DNA from: a candidate division WOR-3 bacterium
Lineage (GTDB): Bacteria; Hydrothermota; Tepidihabitantia; SM23-42; JAOAFX01
Direction: 5' to 3'
Assembly (NCBI GenBank): GCA_037444665.1
Contig: JBBILZ010000046.1
Location: forward strand, 1-18,482
Length of the DNA: 18,482 bases
The notes below the pieces were generated by a model. It worked only from the letters and a program-made list of their open reading frames with translations. It did not search any database and was not told where the DNA came from. Shown piece by piece: positions 8,539 to 15,095 of this stretch. Within the stretch, counting starts at the first letter, position 1. Every line of letters starts with the position of its first letter. The position numbers and the translations under genes were made by a program.

Positions 8539-9402
8539 ATGAATAAGGATTTATTTTCACAGAATCTAACCATTTTTAAATCCGAACCATCTGCTGATTT
8601 AAGTAATACAATTATTAAAGAATTATTAGAAAAATACATCATCAAAGATTTTAATGATTGGTCCGGAGTTGAAGCTGATTTGATATTAACTGATCCACCA
8701 TTTGGAATAGATTTCAGTGGCAAACAAACAAATTATCATAGAAATGTAAATAATGTTGTGGATGGTTATGTAGAATGGAAGACTTCAGAATATGGAGAGA
8801 AAATTCAACAATTATTAGAATGTATTAAAAATAATTTAAAAAATAATGGCCAAGCTTTAATCTTTTCAGGATGGAACAACAGTAATATAATCCATAACAT
8901 AATTATGAAGTTTAATGGATTGAAATTAAAAGGAAAAATGTACTGGACTTATAATTTTGCACCGGTTTGCAGAAAAAGACCCTCTCATAATGTTTATGAA
9001 ATTTACTGGGTCACCAAAGGTGAAAAGTGGACATTCAAAAATAGATGCTCTACCCACCATTGTCAGTATGGAGAACCCAATCTATCAACCTTGAATTTTA
9101 AAAGAGATTATAAAGTAAATATGCCTAAATATCCAACGCGATTACCATGTAAATTATTACAATGTTTGATTGAGCATTTTTCTATTAAAGGAAATTTAAT
9201 TTTTGATCCTATGTGCGGAAGTGGAATGGTCGGTGTTGTTTCATATATATTGGGGCGGGATTTTATTATGGGTGAGATCGGAAGAGCTGGGAAATTTGTC
9301 TTTGAACACCTGCTGAATTATTATCTAAACAAAGACGGTCTAATAATGGATGTCAAAATAAGCAGCTGGTGGAAAAATAAAAAAAATAAGAATAAAAAAT
9401 GA
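8539..9402 (+). CDS. Site-specific DNA amino-methyltransferase (N4-C/N6-A, beta class)
   Basis: Motif IV DLILTDPPF precedes motif I IFDPMCGSG (beta order); also YPTRLP...LIEHFS.KGNLIFD. Confidence 0.9.
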   Translation: MNKDLFSQNLTIFKSEPSADLSNTIIKELLEKYIIKDFNDWSGVEADLILTDPPFGIDFSGKQTNYHRNVNNVVDGYVEWKTSEYGEKIQQLLECIKNNLKNNGQALIFSGWNNSNIIHNIIMKFNGLKLKGKMYWTYNFAPVCRKRPSHNVYEIYWVTKGEKWTFKNRCSTHHCQYGEPNLSTLNFKRDYKVNMPKYPTRLPCKLLQCLIEHFSIKGNLIFDPMCGSGMVGVVSYILGRDFIMGEIGRAGKFVFEHLLNYYLNKDGLIMDVKISSWWKNKKNKNKK

Positions 9403-9971
9403 GAAAGAAAGAGTTTTTAAGATTATCAAAGGAAATTGCAGAGAAAATTAAAAATATTCCGCTCATCTGGGATGGAAGAAATTTTATTTTGACGATGAAA
9501 AAATTCGGTTTTTCACATTGGAAACAGATGGAGTGGATTGGCTGGTACTTCCAATTTTTGTGCGAAAATTTTTTGAAAGAGCTTATACAGATGCCCGGCC
9601 CTAAATTTGGTAATGTAAGATTTGATGGTTTTTATAAAATACCCTGGGATTTTAAATCTCACGCTATTAATACAAGTAGTCATCAAATAATAGTTAATGA
9701 TAATGAAGCAACAGCGAAGGCAATTGAAAGATATGGTTGTGTGGGAGTAATACTTGCTATGGGTAAAGTAGAATATAACGATGAAAAAAGAACATTTCAA
9801 AAATGGCATGAAGAGCTCAAGGGTGGAAAATCTAAATACGAGTTGGAAAGGATTAAGAGAGGTGCCTGGTCAAGATTAAGGAAAACAGAATTTGATTTAG
9901 AGCAAATTTCTTTTATTAGAATAGATTTAGAAATGCCAATGGAAAACCAAGACGAAAAAAAGTTTTATTAG
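9399..9971 (+). CDS. Putative Type II restriction endonuclease (PD-(D/E)xK-like), apparently frameshifted near the C-terminus
   Basis: ATGA-coupled to the MTase, with EWIGWYFQ...FDG...WDFKSH (D...DxK-like). The -1 frame at 9920-10060 continues as FRNANGKPRRKKVLLDLEKLDEEIVYF. Confidence 0.6.
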   Translation: MRKKEFLRLSKEIAEKIKNIPLIWDGRNFILTMKKFGFSHWKQMEWIGWYFQFLCENFLKELIQMPGPKFGNVRFDGFYKIPWDFKSHAINTSSHQIIVNDNEATAKAIERYGCVGVILAMGKVEYNDEKRTFQKWHEELKGGKSKYELERIKRGAWSRLRKTEFDLEQISFIRIDLEMPMENQDEKKFY

Positions 9972-10040
9972 ACTTAGAAAAATTAGATGAAGAAATAGTA
10001 TACTTTCTTAATCTGAATTATAAAATAGATGAACATAAGA

Positions 10041-10050
10041 GCATTGTACT
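10041..10050 (+). repeat. Right copy of the 10-bp direct repeat GCATTGTACT
   Basis: Identical to 8376-8385. Confidence 0.5.
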
Positions 10051-10095
10051 TAACAGATAGAGATAATTGAAAAAAATGCCGGATAAGGAGTGAAT

Positions 10096-10452
10096 ATGTT
10101 TGAATTATCAGTTCAGGGAAGTTTTTCTGCTGCCCATCAGGTAAAGGGCTATAAAGGTGATTGTGCTGATGTGCATGGCCATACCTATAGGATAGAAGTT
10201 AGGGTGGAGGTTAAGAATCTTGATAAGCTTGGTATGGCAATGGACTTCCGAAAGGTAAAATTGGTTCTGAAAAAAATTCTTTCGGAACTTGACCATAAAA
10301 ATCTCAATCATCTGCCGTTCTTCAGAAGGCATAATGCCACTACCGAGTGGATTGCAGTATATATCTATCAACAAATAAAGAAAAAAATAAAGAGTGTAAA
10401 ATCAATTACAGTCTGGGAAGGCTTGGAAAATTCAGTAACATATTCAGAATAA
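10096..10452 (+). CDS. queD: 6-carboxy-5,6,7,8-tetrahydropterin synthase QueD
   Basis: FSAAH, GDCADVHGHTYRIEV, GMAMDF, LDHKNLN, VWEG. AAGGAG SD at 10085-10090 precedes ATG 10096. Confidence 0.92.
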   Translation: MFELSVQGSFSAAHQVKGYKGDCADVHGHTYRIEVRVEVKNLDKLGMAMDFRKVKLVLKKILSELDHKNLNHLPFFRRHNATTEWIAVYIYQQIKKKIKSVKSITVWEGLENSVTYSE

Positions 10453-10509
10453 AAAATTTAATACAGAAAATCAGATATACAATGAATCAAAAAATAAAAA
10501 TTTTTTATT

Positions 10510-12549
10510 TTACGAATGGTCAATGATTTTCACAGAGCCTGAGTCTGCATCCAATTCAATCTCCTGTCCATCTTTTATGATTGAACCTGCGCCTTTAATA
10601 ACAACTGCTGGTATACCGATTTCCCGTGCTACAGTTGCTGCATGACAGACAAAACCTCCAACCTCAATAATGACACCTGAGGCGATTGAGAATAATGGTG
10701 TCCAGGCAGGGTCAGCGTGGTGGGTGACAAGTATTTCGCCATTTTTCAATTTATCGCTTTCTTTTAGGTCTTTAATGATACACGCCCTTGCCCGCACTTT
10801 ACCAAAGCTTAATGGTTCACCATACATAATATTTCTGTCAGGTAGAGCAGCACTGAGCCGTTCACCACTTTCATAAATTATATCAGGAACCGATGCCTGC
10901 TTGAATGAATGCCATTCCTCCCTTCTATTTTCAATGAGTTTAATAACTTCAGAATTTTTAAGTTTTTTATCAGCAATTTTTTTCAATTCATCAAAGGAGA
11001 GAAAGAATATATCCCTTTTTTCATTTAGAAAACCTTCTCTTTTTAGAGGTTCTGCAATTGCAAATAGTTGTTCTTTTATCTTTGCCATCTGCTTGAAATA
11101 ATAGTGTTTGCCATTCTCTCTTAATGGAATATATGCCTCAAGCCTGGGCAGGAATAATTTTACAATTGTCTTTGCGCAGGGTTTTATAGTATTGAGGATA
11201 TCATTGATAATTCTTTTTCGGTCAGTAGAAAGGGTATCCTTTCTGGGTGCGATGAGTAAACGCATTACAATTTCCGGGTCTTCAGCATAGGTTTTATTTG
11301 CAATATCAAACTCTCCAGGACCGCGATGTCCAAATTCTTTAATAAATTGGTCAAATGCAGTTTTGAATGCATTGTCTTTTTCATATAATTTTTTTATTGA
11401 ATAGATATTAATATCACTTAGTTTTTTTCTTGCGAGATAAGCCAACCCATCAATTTTTTTAATGATCAAAACCGTATTATCTATTATTCCTGAAGCACAC
11501 TTACGGGCGATTGCCCTGCCTTTTTTGCAAAGACGCCAGCCGAGTATCCGTTCAAGAATGATAAGATAAAATAAACTCAAAAATAGACCGCCAAAATATT
11601 TTTTTGCAAAATACTCTAAGGCAATCCAGTCTTCAATGTTCCTCACTCCCTGGCTCAGGTCATTTGAAATTGTCATCTGCTGGACTGTTTGTTCAAATTT
11701 AAGATTTGTATTATGAATTCTCCGTGGAAATGTGCGATAGAAAAAGAAACTTTTAATAATAAAATTTGTTAGACGGAAAAAGGAGATTATGCTAAATATG
11801 AAGGAGTGGAATGGCGATAATAAAGCAGGAATACTGTTAAGGTCAACGGACTTAAAGGCGAGCGCCATCTGTGGGTCAAGATTTTTATTTGATTCAAGCA
11901 GGTCAAGGAATGGTGAAATTACTCTACCATAGGCAATGGTATTGTTTATGTTCCAGTATAATCTTCCTGAGAGGTTTTCCACCGGCGGGAATCTTTGAAA
12001 TTTCTCCCTACTTACAGGAAAACCAAAGACATCAAGGATAATCATTGGAAAGAGGAACTGCTCAAAAAATGACCACATTAATGGTGAAATCGGGTCCGGA
12101 ATGGTCTCACGCACATTGACATTGCACCATACCTTTCCTTTTCGTGTTGACTCTGCCCTGTTTACAGAAATTGGTCTTGATTGTAGTATATAGAGATTAT
12201 TATTTTCAATTGCCCACTCAATTTCCTGTGCCGCGTTGAAAAATGTTTCTATTTTTTTAGCGGATTGCGTTAGTTGTTTGATTTGTTCAATGCTTAATAA
12301 GTTTTCTCCACAATGTTCAATAATCTCATCTGATTTTATGCGATAGCGTGTTGGTGTAATGAGCCCGGAAAGGAGTTTGTCACCCAGACCTGAACAACAT
12401 TCTATCAGCATTTCATTTATTGAATAAGAGCTCGGCGTAATTAATACACCACTTATTTCTGGGTTTAATTGGTGTTGTATAATAACCGCCATTGCTCCAC
12501 TCTTTATATTCATTTGCTTTAAATATGATTCCACCTTTTTTGAATACAT
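10510..12549 (-). CDS. PEP-utilising enzyme, C-terminal fragment (rest of ATP-grasp, central domain, phospho-His swivel domain)
   Basis: 679-aa ORF with EIEWAIENNNLYILQSRPIS and CHAATVAREIGIPAV. Confidence 0.7.
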   Translation of the reverse strand: MYSKKVESYLKQMNIKSGAMAVIIQHQLNPEISGVLITPSSYSINEMLIECCSGLGDKLLSGLITPTRYRIKSDEIIEHCGENLLSIEQIKQLTQSAKKIETFFNAAQEIEWAIENNNLYILQSRPISVNRAESTRKGKVWCNVNVRETIPDPISPLMWSFFEQFLFPMIILDVFGFPVSREKFQRFPPVENLSGRLYWNINNTIAYGRVISPFLDLLESNKNLDPQMALAFKSVDLNSIPALLSPFHSFIFSIISFFRLTNFIIKSFFFYRTFPRRIHNTNLKFEQTVQQMTISNDLSQGVRNIEDWIALEYFAKKYFGGLFLSLFYLIILERILGWRLCKKGRAIARKCASGIIDNTVLIIKKIDGLAYLARKKLSDINIYSIKKLYEKDNAFKTAFDQFIKEFGHRGPGEFDIANKTYAEDPEIVMRLLIAPRKDTLSTDRKRIINDILNTIKPCAKTIVKLFLPRLEAYIPLRENGKHYYFKQMAKIKEQLFAIAEPLKREGFLNEKRDIFFLSFDELKKIADKKLKNSEVIKLIENRREEWHSFKQASVPDIIYESGERLSAALPDRNIMYGEPLSFGKVRARACIIKDLKESDKLKNGEILVTHHADPAWTPLFSIASGVIIEVGGFVCHAATVAREIGIPAVVIKGAGSIIKDGQEIELDADSGSVKIIDHS

Positions 12550-12900
12550 TTATTCCCAGATATTAATAACTGCCTTAATTCCACTTTCAGTATCTCTAAT
12601 GCCAAGAAATGTTTTATACATTCCTGCGAATGTTGCACTGCTCAGGTCTTCAGCGATGCCTGAAGACCTGATTGCAACTGTGCCTTTTTTTAAAAGAGAT
12701 TCAAGTATGTCCCGTATTTGTTCTTCAATTTCAGGGCTAATAGTTTTATGCAGGTGATAATAATTGAATGCCTCGGTATTGATGACAGCAAATTCAGGGA
12801 TGGAGAATTTATCCTTTAATAAAAATAAATTCCATGCCTTTGCTCCAACTTTTTCCGGAACCGCCTCTTCAAGTCTATTAATTATATAATAATGCTTCAC
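12550..12900 (-). CDS. PEP-utilising enzyme, N-terminal fragment
   Basis: VGAKAWNL...VAIRSSGIAEDLSSATFAGMYKTFL, ending at a premature TAA. Confidence 0.65.
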   Translation of the reverse strand: MKHYYIINRLEEAVPEKVGAKAWNLFLLKDKFSIPEFAVINTEAFNYYHLHKTISPEIEEQIRDILESLLKKGTVAIRSSGIAEDLSSATFAGMYKTFLGIRDTESGIKAVINIWE

Positions 12901-12933
12901 TTTTCTATGTTGCCGACCCTTAATATTACTCCA

Positions 12934-12961
12934 ATCATAATGATATTTTACCTTGTGTCAA
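12934..12961 (-). promoter_or_regulatory. sigma70-like promoter of the PEP-utilising enzyme gene
   Basis: TTGACA-16 nt-TATGAT, 33 nt before GTG 12900. Confidence 0.65.
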
Positions 12962-13026
12962 TACTGCACTTTGAAAAAAAGATTATACCGCCCTGGTTTT
13001 TGGTTATTTTTTGTAATTTTGTATAT

Positions 13027-13089
13027 GCCCAATGAATTGGGCAACTACAATTATGGGTGTTGATGGCGCCCAGTGAATTGAGTAACGAA
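13027..13089 (-). repeat. REP-like palindrome plus a degenerate direct copy
   Basis: 13027-13048 reads GTAGTT-GCCCAAT-TC-ATTGGGC on the minus strand. 13068-13089 is a 17/22 identical copy. Confidence 0.6.
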
Positions 13090-13138
13090 ATTATCCTATT
13101 TCACAAAAAATAAAGTGTGGCACATTAAATAGATATTC

Positions 13139-13166
13139 TTGACTCCGGAGGAGAAATATTTATAAT
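13139..13166 (+). promoter_or_regulatory. sigma70-like promoter of queC (leaderless)
   Basis: TTGACT-16 nt-TATAAT, 5 nt before ATG 13172. Confidence 0.8.
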
Positions 13167-13171
13167 TTTGT

Positions 13172-13822
13172 ATGAAACCGACCAGTATTATTCTGCTCTC
13201 AGGTGGTCTTGACTCTACAGTGAGTGCAGCAATTGCAGTGAAAAAGACCAAGCCACTCTTTGCCTTGACCATTGATTATGGCCAGCGGGCAGCAAAGATG
13301 GAAATTCTGGCATCAAAAAAAATTTGTAAAATACTGAAGATAAAACATAAAATTTTGAAATTACAATTCTTTAAGGAATTTAAAAAATGTCAGCTAATTA
13401 CCAATTACCAATTACCAATTACTAAGCAAAAAATTCTGGTGAAAAATTTTTTGCGCTTAAAAGATGTCTGGGTGCCCAATCGTAATGCCCTATTTATTAA
13501 TGTGGCTGCCTGTTTTGCTGAATATTACAATGCCGATTTGATTGTTACTGGATTCAATTTTGAAGAGGCAAGGGAATTTCCTGACAACCGAAAAGAATTT
13601 ATTGACGCAATAAATAGAATGCTCGGGTTCAGCACGCTGAGAAAAATAAAGGTTATAAGTTATGTAGCAAATTATACAAAGAAAGAGATTTATCAACTCG
13701 GTTTAAAACACCGGGCACCACTTACGCATATCTATTCCTGTTATTTGGGTGGCAAAAAGATGTGTGGCAGATGTGCTTCGTGTTTGAAACTCAAATCTGT
13801 AGCACGAAAATTTTTCCAATAG
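13172..13822 (+). CDS. queC: 7-cyano-7-deazaguanine synthase QueC
   Basis: LLSGGLDST, DYGQR, WVPNRN, FPDNR, YSCY, CGRCASC. Confidence 0.93.
   Translation: MKPTSIILLSGGLDSTVSAAIAVKKTKPLFALTIDYGQRAAKMEILASKKICKILKIKHKILKLQFFKEFKKCQLITNYQLPITKQKILVKNFLRLKDVWVPNRNALFINVAACFAEYYNADLIVTGFNFEEAREFPDNRKEFIDAINRMLGFSTLRKIKVISYVANYTKKEIYQLGLKHRAPLTHIYSCYLGGKKMCGRCASCLKLKSVARKFFQ
13394..13424. repeat. Heptamer repeat CCAATTA inside the queC coding sequence
   Basis: ctaatta ccaatta ccaatta ccaatta cta, translated as LITNYQLPIT. Confidence 0.85.
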
Positions 13823-13867
13823 CGTAATAAATTGGGAACCACATTCTTCATTGAGTTATTGCAATTA

Positions 13868-13895
13868 TTGACAATAAAAATAATATATATATAAT
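13868..13895 (+). promoter_or_regulatory. sigma70-like promoter of the HEPN-like gene and pilD (leaderless)
   Basis: TTGACA-16 nt-TATAAT, 5 nt before ATG 13901. Confidence 0.8.
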
Positions 13896-13900
13896 ATGCT

Positions 13901-14320
13901 ATGGATGCGGCAGGGTTTAGAGAGATATACGAAACAATGCAAAAAAACATAGAAGAGATTAAAACTATCTCCAACAAGATTGACCGCTATGGTCCTGAAG
14001 ATAAAATCCGTTTAAGTGAAAAGATTAAATATCTCTTTTATGGTTTAACCAAAACCCTTGTTGATGTGGGAAACAAAATTATCGTGGAGAATGATTATCG
14101 CACACCATTAAATAATGCAGATGTGTTTATCAGCCTTGCTGAGCACGATATAATTGCATCCAGCCTTGTGCCGGGTATTAAAAAAGCAGTACTGGTGATA
14201 CCCAGGGTTATGCAGAGTAATGCCGATGAAGTTTTTACCATCATTAAAGAAAGTATAGAATCAATCTGTAAATGTCTTGACTCATTTGTGGTGTATTACG
14301 ACCTGAAAGGCAAAGGTTAA
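13901..14320 (+). CDS. HepT/DUF86-like HEPN-fold protein lacking the catalytic R-X4-6-H motif
   Basis: KYLFYGLTKTLVDVGNKIIVENDYRTPLNNADVFISLAEHDII matches the DUF86 pattern. The expected RNxxxH position reads KKAVLVIPRVMQS. Confidence 0.65.
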   Translation: MDAAGFREIYETMQKNIEEIKTISNKIDRYGPEDKIRLSEKIKYLFYGLTKTLVDVGNKIIVENDYRTPLNNADVFISLAEHDIIASSLVPGIKKAVLVIPRVMQSNADEVFTIIKESIESICKCLDSFVVYYDLKGKG

Positions 14321-14324
14321 TACA

Positions 14325-15095
14325 TTGAAGACTTTTTATTCTGTTGCAGTCTTTATTTTTGGTGCAGCCATCGGTAGTTTTTTGAATGTTCTTATTTATC
14401 GCATCCCCCGCGAACTCTCCATTATTAGTCCCGGGTCTTTTTGCCCCCATTGCAAAAAACCTATCCATTGGTATGAAAATATCCCGTTAATCAGTTTTTT
14501 GTTTCTCGGTGGCAGGTGCAGTCAGTGTAAAAATCCTATATCTTTTCAGTATCCATTTGTAGAACTATTAACCGCACTGCTCTTATTATGGTCATTCAAC
14601 AAATTTTCTTTTAAGATTGATTTTTTCTTTTTGTCACTCTTTTTTATAATATTGATAGTCATTTCGGGCATTGATTTTACACACCAGGTTATCCCTGATA
14701 TCTTTTCAATCCCCGGTATATTTATTGGATTGATTTATCAGTTTCTGAACCATAATTTTTTATCAGGTTTGATCGGGATGTTGTTTGGTGGAGGCCTTAT
14801 TCTTTTGATAAGGGTTCTGGGTGGCTGGGCATACAAGAAGGAGGTAATGGGGATGGGTGATGTCTATCTTGTTGGCCTGATTGGTGCATTTACAGGATTC
14901 CCTTTGATAATTTCCGCAATATTTATTGCCGCCCTTATCGGCTCAATCTTTGGAATTATTTATTTAGGTATAACCCACAAAAACAAAGATAGTCCTATAC
15001 CATTTGGACCTTTTTTGAGCATTGGTGGAGCAATTGTTATCATACTACAAAAACAGATTATTGGATTTTTAAGAATTTTAGGTATCTATTTTTGA
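14325..15095 (+). CDS. pilD: Type IV prepilin peptidase / N-methyltransferase (A24A)
   Basis: GSFLNVLIYRIP, SFCPHC, ENIPLISFLFLGGRCSQC, YPFVE, IDFTHQVIPD, MGMGDVYL, IPFGPFL. Confidence 0.93.
   Translation: MKTFYSVAVFIFGAAIGSFLNVLIYRIPRELSIISPGSFCPHCKKPIHWYENIPLISFLFLGGRCSQCKNPISFQYPFVELLTALLLLWSFNKFSFKIDFFFLSLFFIILIVISGIDFTHQVIPDIFSIPGIFIGLIYQFLNHNFLSGLIGMLFGGGLILLIRVLGGWAYKKEVMGMGDVYLVGLIGAFTGFPLIISAIFIAALIGSIFGIIYLGITHKNKDSPIPFGPFLSIGGAIVIILQKQIIGFLRILGIYF

Larger units (their letters stand above)
10510..12900 (-). pseudogene. PEP-utilising enzyme (PEP/pyruvate-binding ATP-grasp, central domain, His-swivel; rifamycin phosphotransferase/PigC-like architecture) interrupted by an in-frame TAA
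   Basis: Both ORFs are in the same frame and joined as TGG GAA TAA ATG TAT. Motifs: VAIRSSGIAEDLSSATFAGMYKT, MAVIIQ, GLGDKLLSG, EIEWA...LQSRPI, FGHRGPGEFDI, DPAWTPLF, GGFVCHAATVAREIGIPAV. Confidence 0.75.

Noticed and set aside
10491..10511. Intrinsic terminator between queD and the PEP-enzyme gene (AAAATAAAAA-T-TTTTTATTTT inverted repeat)
   Set aside because: The stem is A/T only with almost no loop, too weak to call.
12550..12552. Stop-codon reassignment or Sec/Pyl read-through
   Set aside because: The codon is TAA, not TGA or TAG, and TAA terminates other genes in the window (for example queD, scpB and cobB).
10510..12900. Firm call as rifampicin resistance gene rph or as ppsA
   Set aside because: Only the domain order is shared with RPH. 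The C-terminal PEP-binding barrel of PpsA is absent, and the substrate cannot be determined from sequence.
13147..13152. GGAGGA as the queC Shine-Dalgarno site
   Set aside because: It lies 19 nt upstream of the ATG, inside the promoter spacer, so it would not be in the predicted transcript.
12962..13171. preQ1 riboswitch upstream of queC (or queD)
   Set aside because: No recognisable preQ1-I pattern, and queC appears leaderless. An Infernal search would be definitive.
8539..13822. 7-deazaguanine DNA modification (dpd) island, suggested by queC and queD next to an R-M locus
   Set aside because: No dpdA/tgt-like transglycosylase, dpdB-K, folE or queE is present. queC and queD look like housekeeping copies, and the MTase is a conventional beta-class enzyme.
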